DNA of 64,000 nucleotides, taken from assembly GCF_964355755.1 (NCBI RefSeq), contig NC_092673.1:17543648-17607647 (forward strand), written 5' to 3'. Positions 1 through 14,320 of the stretch are shown here, in pieces. The notes under the pieces are model-generated. The model saw only the letters and a program-made list of their open reading frames with translations. It was not told the origin of the DNA and ran no database searches. The DNA is from Antedon mediterranea. Its lineage: Eukaryota > Animalia > Echinodermata. Positions within the stretch are counted from its first letter, which is position 1. Every line of letters begins with the position of its first letter. A program made the translations under genes and the position numbers.

Positions 1-197
1 ATCGTGAGGTATTCAAACGAAATGTCAAAAAACTCAACAGTTCTTTATCAAACAAAATATATGTACCGCAAACTTTATATCAACATATTAAAAAAAAAAC
101 ATATTGATTTCGCCATGCAAACCTTCAAACAATATACTGTGTCTTAAATTGTCACTTGGCTTTATGTTGGAAATCAATATTCAATGTATATTTTTAG

Positions 198-3100
198 GCA
201 TTGTTAACGATCCAGAAGTCATTTGAACCTTCTAAAGATGGTGGTAGAAGAGGGATTCAATTTGAGAGATGCATACTTTGTGAATGTAGTGAAAAATCAA
301 AAAAGAAGCACATTCAAAATCTTGAAAATTTCCAGTATGAGAAGTTGACATGCACTAAAACTGGCAGGTCTGTTACGATGGATGTTAAACGTTACAAGCG
401 GCTATTTGGAGGTGAGTAACAAAAGAGACAATGGCATTTTTATTCATTTTTTTTACCCCTAACTATAGTAAACAGTGTGAAACAATTAGACAGTCAGTCA
501 GAAACTGCTAAACAATATGAGGATAAATTAAGGTTCAAATGTATAATACTATACACATAATGAATGTTTATGAGTTGAATGGTCAGAATATTTCATGAAT
601 AGAAAGATTGAAGGCTCTATTTTTAATGAGGCAGAGCCGAAATACAAAACATTCATTTTATTCAATTTATTGATCGTTAATCATTGACAAATGCTAGGCC
701 ATGAAGCTAGGCCATTCAAAAAGACAGTGCTCCAAATTTGAACACGGAGTAGAACATTTATAGACGGTGCTCAGAACAAGTTGATTTTCAAACCCAATCA
801 GCCAACAATGAATCCATTCAGCAAATAGAAAACATATTTAATTTTAAGAAAAATGTTAAATCACATTTCTGTTCAACCAAATAACTATATAAGTCAATCA
901 TAGTCTTTTAATTTAACTTGTTTTATTATATTATTGTTTTTGTTATATTTACGTGTTTAATGCAATACTTAGTAATTTTTATATTTTTTATTGATTGTAA
1001 AAGGATGCCAATGGAAATAAGCTAATAAGCTTTTTGGGCTATCCTGGAAAATCTTTTATAAATGTATAATTTGTAATGTCCGTAATTTATGTTATCACTT
1101 TGTATATGTATTTGTTATGATGATTTTCCTAATAAATTCAAATCAAATGTCGCGTTGCAAAAATTCTCAAATTGTTTGCAAAAAACTGAAAGTGCGTTAA
1201 AGTATCATTTGGAATTAGCCCCAACTAACTTGTTTATAAAATAAATTGTTGCATTCATGACTATGTTTGAATGTGATATGAATTTGAGTATCTATTGAAT
1301 ATATTGTTATATTTTTCAGTAAATACAGATGTTGCTGGAACATCAAGTTCAAACCAAGGTATGTTATGTCTTTTATTATTATTATAATGAAGTAAGTCAA
1401 TTAAGACAGAAAAGGATTTTGTGTTATAACCAATTGCATAATATATGGCCATGATGTATGTAGCATGTTTAAATACATGCTTATAAAATAAAGGAAGAGC
1501 ATATCTTTTTGAAATAGACGTCATCTCATATTGATCATTCTAAACAGTGGTAAAGAAGCCAAACAATACTTTCTCTAAAATTATTTAAACACAAAAACAT
1601 GATATTGATAATTAAGATAATGTAATGAGTGTAAGTAGTTTTACTGTAGTTTTTTAATTAATATATTAATTACATATACAGTAAATATAAAATTATTATA
1701 GTGTTTCATTTATTTATATTCTTAAAACAATGATTATGATTTTACCAATAATTCAATAATAATTATACTATTGGCTAGAGCTATCTATCTGACGTTTTCA
1801 AGACTGATTTAGGGATTGTTCTTTTTTTTTGATGACCACCAGAATCTCGCACACAAAAACAGCAGCTTCAGTTAATGCAGCTATAAACATTTTTTTATAG
1901 CAATTATATAACAAAACTGCTTATAATTATTGACTGCTTTTTCATCGTTCAGTATATTTATATCTCTCGCCTCACGATCCAAACGGAAGCCACATGGCCC
2001 AGTGCTGAATATGTAATTGAAAAGTTTCGTTGTATTCAAACGTTGAGAGCGCTACTCCATGTTGATCACACAATGTTCATTATTCACTTGACCGTTTATT
2101 AAAATAGTATTTTTTGCAACTTTACTAAACTAGGCCTGGGCCTAAATGATAAAAGATCGGTCGAGTTGCAGAAAAATAGTTTACATGGCTGTTAAGTTTT
2201 AGTGAGGGTGGGGGCTAAAGCCCGTCTAAATTTAAATATAAGAGAGAGTGATAAATGATACACGATGATGAAACTGACTGGAAATCATTCTTATGGTTTA
2301 ACCATCACATTTAATCAATTCAATTCAAGAAACCTTTATTGACCAAAAATATTATATCATAACAATGGCATATAATATATATAGTCGAGAGACTACAAAA
2401 GGCCCGATGGGCCTGTCGCTGTAGTCACTCTTTACATTATACAAATAATAATAATACAACACTTAATCTTACACAGGTGTGCCTTCTGGTACAGATACAG
2501 GTGCAGATTCAGGAGATACCATTCTACAAGGTAAAAACATACAAAACTGGTATTATTGAAATTTAGATGTTTAAATAAAATTTTAAAATAAATTATGTCA
2601 TAAATTTTTAAAGAAATTCAATAACAGCATTACTATACCTGAAAATAAAGTAAAATAAAAAACTGAATTAGATTAATCAAGTTTGGAAAACTTAAATTGA
2701 GTTATTGTCATTGTTGACTTTATGGAGTCAAAGCAGGCCTTCGTTCTAAGCTGAATAACTATAAAAACGCTCTGCGGTATGATTTAGGTAAAAAGCAGAG
2801 TTAGTGAAACTTTTCTTTTATTACCTTTTTCATTTTTAAACGTTCAAAAGGAGGAGAGGCCAAAACCAGATAATTAACTTTTAAAATGACATAAAGTTAC
2901 TGGCAATATATTATATATTTTCTTGTTTATCAGTGGCTATGTAGTGTTTAGTATTTTTTGTACATTTATTATAATATATTCTATATAAAGTCTGATCAAG
3001 TGGCATTAATTTAAGTAGGCTAATGTCATAATTTCATTTATTCATTTATTGCAAAAAAACAAGGATGACATTACAATAGGAGATTTAAAAAATAGATTGC

Positions 3101-5036
3101 TCTAGTCTTTTTTAACCCCCTTTAAAGAAAAAAAAAACACATTTGTTCTTTATATTCGTTGGTTTAAATTTTAAAATTAAATAACTAAATGTTTATGTTG
3201 TTTACAATATTTAATTCTAATTCATTATTATTTCAGAGCAGCCAGAAAATCAAAGGTAAGTGTTTATTGAGTTTACACCAACATTTTTTTTTAAATGTAT
3301 AACTTTTTGTTTTAACAATTAATTTACAGCAATACTTAACTACTTTGTACTTTTAACCAAACTAATTATTTGTATATCCTAGGAGGATAGTAAAAAAGGG
3401 CTTGATATTGACTTCACTCAGTGTATATATTTTTCATACTGTTTAATTCAGTAAACAAACAAACAACTGGCTGGTGGTTTAGTATGTTCTATACCATAAT
3501 CAATAAATCAGTAAATAGATGAAAGCACTCAGAAACTGAGTGAAGTACTTGGCAAAATATATCCACTGACTCGGAGCATGTTGAAAAATACATTTTTTTT
3601 GCTTTAGGTATTAGCTTTTCAAATCCTGCTGGGGTTTATAATTTGTTTAAATAATTTTTAATGCAAACTTCGGTATTGCAATAATGACGTTTCTGAAAAT
3701 CAAGATTGACCAGAACGATGGTTGAGGAGTGTCTTGAAGGCATGCTGATTTGCGGCACCCCTGCCTTTACCAATGGAATAAGCTTAATCGCTCGGCCATA
3801 TATATATTTTGGTTCATGTCAAAGAATATGCCATGTTACAAGAATACAGAAGGCGTGCTATTTAATTTATATCATATTGAAGATAAGCTTTCGTGATATG
3901 GAATATATGCTGGTAATGACACATATGCTGGTACTAACATTTTAATTATCAACGCTAACAATAGTTTCAGTTGACTAGAACAGCAACGCCAAAAGCAAGC
4001 GGGTGAATTTGAAAAGAAATATGTTTTTTATAACTACTCGTTTTAAAAAACCTAAACCTTAAATCAAATTATGTTTTAAAATTACAAATCACAAATAACT
4101 CTTACCTCTTGTACAAAAATGAAAAAAAAATTTTGCCCGTACAGTTTGTTACTTTAAGACTGCTCGCCGGCTTTTTAACACTAGCTGGTCTAAAAATATT
4201 ATAATTTATGTTATCTGTGAAATTATTAATTTTCCGTAATTTTAAGTAAGCATGGTCTCAAAGTATATACCTATCTACACCGAAAATGAATGATAACTTG
4301 AAAATTGTAGGCGCTATCGTGCTAACAAACATCCATACATGCATATGTATAGATGTTTGTATGTACATACGTATGAATGAATGAAAGGGCCTAACTTTCA
4401 TCAATAATTGTTAGTTTTTTAGAGTTTGACTAATAATTTGTGTATATTTTTATTTCCAGACTGAGTCAAAGGAGACGTTTTTGGAAGTTTTTAAAAGGTA
4501 TTTAACTATTCTATTTTTTAAGTTCAGAGTCTCATTTTTTTTTTATAGATTACAACCTTGTTTTTTTATTGTAACCTACTGTAGTTGCAATTTCTAAGAA
4601 CTATATTTTTCTACCTTTTACATATAAATGCATTTTCAAACAAAAAATATAAAATATATAGATAGAAATTGTGTAATTCTTAGAAATGTTAAGAAAAACT
4701 CTTAATGGAAGAATCTTGAAAGCTCTCAAGAATATTTCTAGAAAGATAAGCATAAATTTCATAAATTTTATGAAACTTTTTCTCATTGTTACAGATCACT
4801 GGTTGATAGTTACTATAATTTGGTTTATTCTATTCGCGACCTTTGTCATCTTAATTATTATATATGATGGCTTAGCAGCAAGAATTGGCAATGGTATTGG
4901 ATTGTTGGTAACTGTTGGTGGTGGCTGTATCTGGTATGTGCATAAGAAAGTCACCAAGTCTCATACTCAGTCAACAAACGCAGCAGCAGACGGACAGAGA
5001 GTACGCTATGCGGAAATTTCCCAACAAGAACAATAG
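198..5036 (+). CDS. 3' part of a spliced gene (gene 1): COR-like C-terminal Cys/His segment, micro-exon linker, two C-terminal transmembrane helices; possibly a membrane-anchored Roco-family protein
   Basis: Exons with AG/GT boundaries: 198-411, 1320-1358 (or 1329-1358), 2477-2530, 3237-3255, 4460-4497, 4795-5036(stop). Total 606 nt, frame continuous: ALLTIQKSFEP...ERCILCECSEKSKKKHIQNLENFQYEKLTCTKTG...RLFG/VNTDVAGTSSSNQ/GVPSGTDTGADSGDTILQ/EQPENQ/RLSQRRRFWKFLK/DHWLIVTIIWFILFATFVILIIIYDGLAARIGNGIGLLVTVGGGCIWYVHKK...QQEQ*. The exon structure is well supported; the COR assignment is resemblance only. Confidence 0.75.
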
Positions 5037-5144
5037 ATCACAAGGAAATATACTGTAAACAGCCCTTGTATAAAGAATATCAAAGATAGATGTAAAATGA
5101 AAAATATGTGAAACAAAATGGGAGTTTTGTCACAATGATGAATG

Positions 5145-5150
5145 AATAAA
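5145..5150 (+). promoter_or_regulatory. candidate polyadenylation signal of gene 1
   Basis: AATAAA about 110 nt after the TAG at 5036; other AATAAA hexamers occur further on. Confidence 0.35.
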
Positions 5151-5512
5151 GATTTAGAGGGAGTTTAATTATAGATCACCATCCAAGGGTCATTATCACA
5201 ATCCACTCTCCATTCCCCTCTTTTATAAAGAACCATTTGTAAAAAAAAAAAAAAATTCCCCTCAAGGAATTCAACCTTGCTTGTCAAATGAAACGACAAA
5301 ATTGATTTAAGGATTTTTTTTTTGTAAGCAACTTTCTTAAAATAGAACTGTTATTAAAACTTGATGAAATTTGTTTACCGTTCCAAATTATATTATTGAT
5401 TGAAAAGAAAATTAGACTTTTCAGTTTACCTCAAGGAATATGTGTAATTGTGTATTAAAAGGACCGAAGAGAAAGAAGAGAGAAGAAATCATTAAATGAA
5501 ATAAAGTAGGTA

Positions 5513-7248
5513 ATGCTGTAGTAGACAGTTGTCAACATATTGAAGCTGTAACTCAGTTGTGAATTGTGTACTCAATGCTGTAGTAGACAGTTGTCATCAT
5601 ATTGAAGCTGTAACTCAGTTGTGAATTGTGTACTCAATGCTGTAGTAGACAGTTGTCAACATATTGAAGCTGTAACTCAGTTGTCAATTGTCTACTCAAT
5701 GCTGTAGTAGACAGTTGTCAACATATTGAAGCTGTAACTCAGTTGTGAATTGTGTACTCAATGCTGTAGTAGACAGTTGTCATCATATTGAAGCTGTAAC
5801 TCAGTTGTGAATTGTGTACTCAATGCTGTAGTAGACAGTTGTCAACATATTGAAGCTGTAACTCAGTTGTCAATTGTCTACTCAATGCTGTAGTAGACAG
5901 TTGTCAACATATTGAAGCTGTAACTCAGTTGTCAATTGTGTACTCAATGCTGTAGTAGACAGTTGCCATCATATTGAAGCTGTAACTCAGTTGTCAATTG
6001 TCTACTCAATGCTGTAGTAGACAGTTGTCAACATATTGAAGCTGTAACTCAGTTGTCAATTGTGTACTCAATGCTGTAGTAAACAGTTGCCATCATATTG
6101 AAGCTGTAACTCAGTTGTCAATTGTCTACTCAATGCTGTAGTAGACAGTTGTCAACATATTGAAGCTGTAACTCAGTTGTCAATTGTGTACTCAATGCTG
6201 TAGTAGACAGTTGTCAACATATTGAAGCTGTAACTCAGTTGTGAATTGTGTACTCAATGCTGTAGTAGACAGTAGTCAACATATTGAAGCTGTAACTCAG
6301 TTGTCAATTGTGTACTCAATGCTGTAGTAAACAGTTGCCATCATATTGAAGCTGTAACTCAGTTGTCAATTGTCTACTCAATGCTGTAGTAGACAGTTGT
6401 CAACATATTGAAGCTGTAACTCAGTTGTCAATTGTGTACTCAATGCTGTAGTAGACAGTTGTCAACATATTGAAGCTGTAACTCAGTTGTCAATTGTCTA
6501 CTCAATGCTGTAGTAGACAGTTGTCAACATATTGAAGCTGTAACTCAGTTGTCAATTGTGTACTCAATGCTGTAGTAGACAGTTGTCAACATATTGAAGC
6601 TGTAACTCAGTTGTCAATTGTGTACTCAATGCTGTAGTAGACAGTTGTCAACATATTGAAGCTGTAACTCAGTTGTCAATTGTGTACTCAATGCTGTAGT
6701 AGACAGTTGTCAACATATTGAAGCTGTAACTCAGTTGTCAATTGTGTACTCAATGCTGTAGTAGACAGTTGTCAACATATTGAAGCTGTAACTCAGTTGC
6801 CAATTGTGTACTCAATGCTGTAGTAGACAGTTGTCAACATATTGAAGCTGTAACTCTGTTGTCAATTGTCTACTCAATGCTGTAGTAGACAGTTGTCAAC
6901 ATATTGAAGCTGTAACTCAGTTGTCAATTGTGTACTCAATGCTGTAGTAGACAGTTGTCAACATATTGAAGCTGTAACTCAGTTGTCAATTGTGTACTCA
7001 ATGCTGTAGTAAACAGTTGTCAACATATTGAAGCTGTAACTCAGTTGTCAATTGTGTACTCAATGCTGTAGTAGACAGTTGTCAACATATAGAAGCTGTA
7101 ACTCAGTTGTCAATTGTGTACTCAATGCTGTAGTAGACAGTTGTCAACATATTGAAGCTGTAACTCAGTTGTCAATTGTGTACTCAATGCTGTAGTAGAC
7201 AGTTGTCAACATATTGAAGCTGTAACTCAGTTGTCAAATTGTCTACTC
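5513..7248. repeat. 62-bp tandem repeat, about 28 copies
   Basis: Unit aatgctgtagtagacagttgtcaacatattgaagctgtaactcagttgtcaattgtgtactc; it is itself a diverged dimer, with gctgta...cagttgtcaa in both halves. Confidence 0.97.
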
Positions 7249-7349
7249 ATTTATTTGTCATTTCATATTGAAAACCAATTGCTCTTACTATTTGAAAATG
7301 GACAGACAGACATGCTTACTATTTTTATATGATTACAGTCTAGATATCT

Positions 7350-7497
7350 GAAGTTACATAATTAGCATACACATTTTGATTGGTAGGAAGTTACATAATT
7401 AGCATACACATTTTGATTGGTAGGAAGTTACATAATTAGCATACACATTTTGATTGGTAGGAAGTTACATAATTAGCATACACATTTTGCTTCGTAG
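7350..7497. repeat. 37-bp tandem repeat, 4 copies
   Basis: Unit gaagttacataattagcatacacattttgattggtag. Confidence 0.95.
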
Positions 7498-7525
7498 GAT
7501 ATGGGAACAAAAAGTGGGTTTTTTT

Positions 7526-10120
7526 TCAAATATTGATACAGTATTTTATAGTTAGATGGACAATTAGAGATGCCCCTACAATCTTATTCAAAGTGTATAT
7601 TGCAGCTATTATTGATTGGTAGCACATCAAATATTGATACAGTATTAGATGGACAATTAGAGATGCCACTACAATCTTATTGTTCAAAGTGTATTTTGCA
7701 GCTATTATTGATTGGTAGCACATCAAATATTGATACAGTATTAGATGGACAATTAGAGATGCCCCTACAATCTTATTGTTCAAAGTGTATTTTGCAGCTA
7801 TTATTGATTGGTAGCACATCAAATATTGATACAGTATTTAGTTAGATGGACAATTAGAGATGCCGCTACAATCTTATTGTTCAAAGTGTATTTTGCAGCT
7901 ATTATTGATTGGTAGCACATCAAATATTGATACAGTATTTAGTTAGATGGACAATTAGAGATGCCGCTACAATCTTATTGTTCAAAGTGTATATTGCAGC
8001 TATTATTGATTGGTAGCACATCAAATATTGATACAGTATTTAGTTAGATGGACAATTAGAGATGCCCCTACAATCTTATTGTTCAAAGTGTATATTGCAG
8101 CTATTATTGATTGGTAGCACATCAAATATTGATACAGTATTTAGTTAGATGGACAATTAGAGATGCCGCTACAATCTTATTGTTTAAAGTGTATAATTGC
8201 AGCTATTATTGATTGGTAGCACATCAAATATTGATACAGAATTTAGTTAGATGGACAATTAGAGATGCCGCTACAATCTTATTGTTTAAAGTGTATATTG
8301 CAGCTATTATTGATTGGTAGCACATCAAATATTGATACAGTATTTAGTTAGATGGACAATTAGAGATGCCGCTACAATCTTATTGTTTAAAGTGTATATT
8401 GCAGCTATTATTGATTGGTAGCACATCAAATATTGATACAAAATTTAGTTAGATGGACAATTAGAGATGCCGCTACAATCTTATTGTTCAAAGTGTATAT
8501 TGCAGCTATTATTGATTGGTAGCACATCAAATATTGATACAGTATTTAGTTAGATGGACAATTAGAGATGCCGCTACAATCTTATTGTTCAAAGTGTATA
8601 TTGCAGCTATTATTGATTGGTAGCACATCAAATATTGATACAGTATTTAGTTAGATGGACAATTAGAGATGCCCCTACAATCTTATTGTTCAAAGTGTAT
8701 ATTGCAGCTATTATTGATTGGTAGCACATCAAATATTGATACAGTATTTAGTTAGATGGACAATTAGAGATGCCGCTACAATCTTATTCAAAGTGTATAT
8801 TGCAGCTATTATTGATTGGTAGCACATCAAATATTGATACAGTATTTAGTTAGATGGACAATTAGAGATGCCGCTACAATCTTATTCAAAGTGTATTTTG
8901 CAGCTATTATTGATTGGTAGCACATCAAATATTGATACAGAATTTAGTTAGATGGACAATTAGAGATGCCGCTACAATCTTATTGTTCAAAGTGTATATT
9001 GCAGCTATTATTGATTGGTAGCACATCAAATATTGATACAGTATTTAGTTAGATGGACAATTAGAGATGCCGCTACAATCTTATTGTTTAAAGTGTATAA
9101 TTGCAGCTATTATTGATTGGTAGCACATCAAATATTGATACAGTATTTAGTTAGATGGACAATTAGAGATGCCGCTACAATCTTATTGTTTAAAGTGTAT
9201 ATTGCAGCTATTATTGATTGGTAGCACATCAAATATTGATACAGTATTTAGTTAGATGGACAATTAGAGATGCCGCTACAATCTTATTGTTTAAAGTGTA
9301 TATTGCAGCTATTATTGATTGGTAGCACATCAAATATTGATACAGTATTTAGTTAGATGGACAATTAGAGATGCCGCTACAATCTTATTGTTCAAAGTGT
9401 ATATTGCAGCTATTATTGATTGGTAGCACATCAAATATTGATACAGTATTTAGTTAGATGGACAATTAGAGATGCCCCTACAATCTTATTGTTCAAAGTG
9501 TATATTGCAGCTATTATTGATTGGTAGCACATCAAATATTGATACAGTATTTAGTTAGATGGACAATTAGAGATGCCGCTACAATCTTATTGTTTAAAGT
9601 GTATATTGCAGCTATTATTGATTGGTAGCACATCAAATATTGATACAGTATTTAGTTAGATGGACAATTAGAGATGCCGCTACAATCTTATTGTTCAAAG
9701 TGTATATTGCAGCTATTATTGATTGGTAGCACATCAAATATTGATACAGTATTTAGTTAGATGGACAATTAGAGATGCCGCTACAATCTTATTGTTCAAA
9801 GTGTATTTTGCAGCTATTATTGATTGGTAGCACATCAAATATTGATACAGAATTTAGTTAGATGGACAATTAGAGATGCCGCTACAATCTTATTGTTCAA
9901 AGTGTATTTTGCAGCTATTATTGATTGGTAGCACATCAAATATTGATACAGTATTTAGTTAGATGGACAATTAGAGATGCCGCTACAATCTTATTGTTTA
10001 AAGTGTATAATTGCAGCTATTATTGATTGGTAGCACATCAAATATTGATACAGAATTTAGTTAGATGGACAATTAGAGATGCCGCTACAATCTTATTGTT
10101 TAAAGTGTACATTGCAGCTA
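7526..10120. repeat. 101-bp tandem repeat, about 26 copies
   Basis: Unit tcaaatattgatacagtatttagttagatggacaattagagatgccgctacaatcttattgttcaaagtgtatattgcagctattattgattggtagcaca; period read from 7819 to 7920. Confidence 0.97.
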
Positions 10121-10673
10121 TAAACATGTTAAAGTAAAATAATAATTTGATAAATGAAAACAATTCAAATTAATAAGAGGACGCAATAGGATATGATGGC
10201 AGCAAATATGTGTTTGATGGTGATAAAATGATTACTGATAATAATGTTGCTATTTTTTTGTATTAATAACTATGGTAGTTATGATTAATGATGCTAAGTT
10301 GTATTTTAAATCAAGAAATCATGTAATAATTAGACTCATAACAATCTAAATGTATTGTAACCAAGACAATAATATTTTCCACTCAACAATATAATTTTTG
10401 TGTGGATAAATTCAAAAGCTGTAAGAATCCTTGTATTTATAGTACAGAGATTTTTACAAAAAATGACCAAATTGATAATTATAACTATTAATGATGTGCA
10501 ATTGTCAGTCTGTGTTAACTGTCACCATTTTTAATTCATATTTTGCGATATCAATGTTGTCATTCTTCATGCTGCATATTGGTTAAAGTGTGGCCTACTG
10601 TACTTAATAGGCCTAACAATAAATATAATAAGTCAATTTACATTAATATTTTGTTCTTTCTTTTCTAAGTTTG

Positions 10674-10741
10674 CAAAATTACAAAAACAAAACATGACAA
10701 ACACATATCTGTGTTTGTTCTGTTTTGTTTTTGTAATTTTG
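10674..10741. other. near-perfect inverted repeat (32-bp arms, 4-nt loop)
   Basis: caaaattacaaaaacaaaacatgacaaacaca-tatc-tgtgtttgttctgttttgtttttgtaattttg; 30 of 32 positions complementary. Confidence 0.9.
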
Positions 10742-11723
10742 AACATATTTACATTAATTATAAATAACTAACATGTGTATATTATGCAAATTAGACCTGA
10801 GGTAAAACGGAAGTACAGAACGATGTTTAAACATAATGATTTGAATAAATAAATGTTTTTGTACAGAACTGAATTATATTTTTTATATGAATGAATTTTC
10901 TAATACCTATTTGTTAAAAATGAAATGTTTTATATTTTGATATTTTTCACTTTTAATTCAATTTTGTAAATTAAAACTCAATTAAGTATTTATGCTGCTG
11001 TGTTTTAATGTTTATATTCATATATTCTTAAATAAATACTAATGAATGAAAAGCTTTTTGTTTGTTTGTAAGGATTGTGTGTTTGTTTGGAAGGGGGAGA
11101 TTTTGACATCGGAGAGATCATTATACTGTATCAAAATGTACGTGCTTTGCTATTCATCGTATATTATACAAAATATCCATTCCACCAATCCAGAGAGTAA
11201 TAAAGTTCTTCGATATTATACATTACACAGCGATGTTAAGTCGTAGGCAAAAATGGTGATTGCGCCCTCTATAAAAAATAAAAGTTTATTCACCCAACAA
11301 ACCACTCAACAACATGCATGGATGGGATGCCGAAGAATGTCAAACACAAGAAGTAAGTTTTTGTTTCATTATTATCATTACTGTATCCTAGGCCTACAAA
11401 CTTAGTACTATATTATATCGGCCTAAATAGGCCCATAGGCCTAGCTAGGCTAGTTCTAACTAGCTAGGGCAGGCCCTACCTCTAGCTATCAAAGGCTTTT
11501 AGCCCTTATAGCTAGGCCTAGGCCTATTCTATATACTATAGTGGGCCTAGGCTAGGCCCCTAGTAGAATAAAGACAGGCCTGCTGAGGGAGTCTCCACAA
11601 CTTGTCGTTAGAGAACAGACATCAACTGCATTGTGATTGGTCCTAAGACGAACATAAACACATGGATGGATGAGGATGTAGGGGGATTCTGGGTTTATAA
11701 TTGCTTTTAAATATCGTTTTTTA

Positions 11724-12649
11724 GGCGCTAGGCCTTCTAGTTCCGTTTCGCACCTGTCGTTTATTTCGACTCAAAATTGGTTAAGTAACTTTATCGTGAG
11801 TACCACACCTTAGAATTAGGCCTCAAAAATACTTTTACAAAGGAGATCACACAAAAAGTAAAAAATAAATCCTTTAAATTGATAAATTTACAGACGTGTT
11901 TCTCGCACATCGGTTTGTCAGGGAGTTGTTGTGAATTTCGCATACTCCATGTTCAATGTTGTTGTTTCTATGGAGCGCCAAAAGAGCAATCATAATAGAG
12001 GGCTAAAAACTCAGTAAATTGCGTATATTTAATGCATTTATTGGTGAAAATTACGTTCAATTTTATCATATTTTGTCAATGTCAACGCAACAAAAATATT
12101 ACTGTTGATACTGTACATGGTTTTTGCAGGAACTTTTATTTTAGGAATGAAAATCGACAAATTCATTATCATATTACATGTACTGCTGTGATCTAAATAA
12201 TATTCCTCTTAGTCTATATTCTTACTCTTAGTTAGGCCTAGGGTTGGTTGCTATTTGAAAACAGCAAATTATTAGCAGTAAAATGTTACAGCATTTTTAT
12301 TGACAAAATATATTAAAATTAAACGTGTATTTCAATAATAAATGCATTAAAAGATTAGACGCATTCCACTGAGTTTTTAACCATCTATTGTTGTTGCTCT
12401 TTTGGCGCTCCATAGAAACGAAAATATTGAACTTCGAGTATGCTAAATTCGCGAACGGTATGCGAGAATCATGTCTGTAAAATCATCAATTTAAGGATTT
12501 ATTTGTTACTTTTTATGTGATTCTTCTTCATAAAAGTACTTTTGAGGCCCAATTTTAAGGTGTGGTATTCACAATATTAATAAGTTGCTTAACAATTTCG
12601 AGTCAAAAGGAAGTCGAAATAAAAACAGGTGCGAAACGGAACTAGCGCC
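11724..12649. mobile_element. fold-back MITE with long TIRs and 8-bp TSD (Merlin- or Mutator-like)
   Basis: ggcgcta...ttccgtttcgcacctg / caggtgcgaaacggaactagcgcc termini, with arms complementary for roughly 300+ bp. TSD gtttttta at 11716-11723 and 12650-12657. Absent from the sister copy near 22430. Confidence 0.85.
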
Positions 12650-12801
12650 GTTTTTTATTAAATAAAAAATATTATAACTAGGCTAAGCCTATATCGACAT
12701 GTCAGAATGAAGAAGTAATATTAATAACGAGAAATTTAAACAATTAAATTTCATATACATTTTAGGGTAAATTCATGGAGAGTCTGTTTTTCAGCAGCTT
12801 A

Positions 12802-14320
12802 AGCCTGGTTTCCAGTTGACGTAAGATTTGTTTCCGCTTACGATTGCGTCGTTTTCTTACGATTACGCTTGCGTTCCGATCAGTTGACCAAAAACTAACG
12901 TCGACACAAAATTGTCATAATCACGTTGGACCGCAAAAATTTAGATCATTACATGTGCTGATTCCGTCGTTACGAAAGTTGAATTTATCGCAAAGTCTGT
13001 CCTTCTTGCCCTTACGTCGAGTTGAAATTTTTCCTTGCGATTTCAACACATATGACGTGATAACAAGAAATGATTTCTGATTGGCTCATAAATTCCGCGC
13101 GAAAAGAGGAGGCCATTTTCCAAAACATAAACAGTGCAGTGAGGCTATGACATATTTTTTACATAATCTTAATTAGTTATTAATTAAAATGTTTTATCAG
13201 TTCTTCTTTTGATAGTCGCCGACAAATTTAGTCTTTTTATTCTGAGAATTATTTTATGAGCGGCTTAAACAATCCCATGATTTTACCCACCCGAGAGAGC
13301 TTGTTTATCGGAGTTTTAATTTTGTGTCTGCCGCCTTTTGTTTTGATTTTTTTTGTACCACCCTGCCTGGCTTAATTATTGTTTATGATTAGACTGTTGT
13401 TATAACGTTGAATATCATGACTTGCCTACGATGTTATTTACATATATATTTTATCTATTGGTTTTTTTTACCCGGTTTTCATTTTTTTATAAATAGATAA
13501 TTCAAATGATGTAGGCTAATAATTATTTATTTTCATAATCAAATTATCATAGGCCTATAAATTGCAAACACTACAGTGAATTTAATAAATATATATTATT
13601 AATTTATTACCTAAACCTACCTTAATCCTACAATTAAAACAAAATCATTATGTAATTTTTCCCCACCTGCTTTTGAATGCAAACTATATGCCAGGTGAAC
13701 GTATTGTTATCCTGATGATCCTGATGATGACACTGTTCTCTAACATTTTATGACATTTTATTGCCATATAGTTTTTAATTTAGTCTGCCTATGTGTATTA
13801 TTTTTACCCATTATATCGTATTTTGACTATGTTTATATAATTATATTTAAGTAACAAGCAAGACAATTTTGTATAGTTCTCACATCTATTTTGTATTTCA
13901 TCCACCTAAATTATTACATTCTATCACGAATTGAACAAAATCGTGGTTTAGGTTTATTTACGTATCATTTATTGTCAACAATTCTTATATTATATACAGT
14001 ATGGTACTTTCTACTTTATTTCACCTTTCCAAGCTTTAACCTTCTTGCCAACGTCACATAATCGTCGTCACTGATTGGCTGGTTCTCAAGTCAACTTTCG
14101 TAAGTTTTCCTGTCGAACCGTCGAATATCGACGTAACAGACGGAAGCTTCAGTCACCGGTTTCCTGTCAAACACTTGTACTACGGCGATTTCTACTTGCG
14201 TTACGTCGTTTTGACATTTAGCTTTTTTCAACCGGTTTCCTGTCGATTTTCAATTTCCAATGTAAAAATGACGCAATCGTAAAGAAATTCTAATTTCTTA
14301 CGTCGACTGGAAACCAGGCT
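12802..14320. mobile_element. non-autonomous PIF/Harbinger-type element 1
   Basis: TIRs agcctggtttccagttgacgtaaga / tcttacgtcgactggaaaccaggct; TTA TSD at 12799-12801 and 14321-14323; empty site visible in the sister copy near 22305. Confidence 0.9.

Noticed and set aside
4686-4794. N-terminal part of the 116-aa ORF, and the 5' parts of ORFs 52857 and 53866
   Set aside because: Intronic read-through upstream of clear splice acceptors at 4794, 52923 and 53932
5513-10120. CRISPR-like appearance of long repeat arrays (also 25-29 kb)
   Set aside because: Head-to-tail units with no unique spacers, no cas genes, and a eukaryotic intron context
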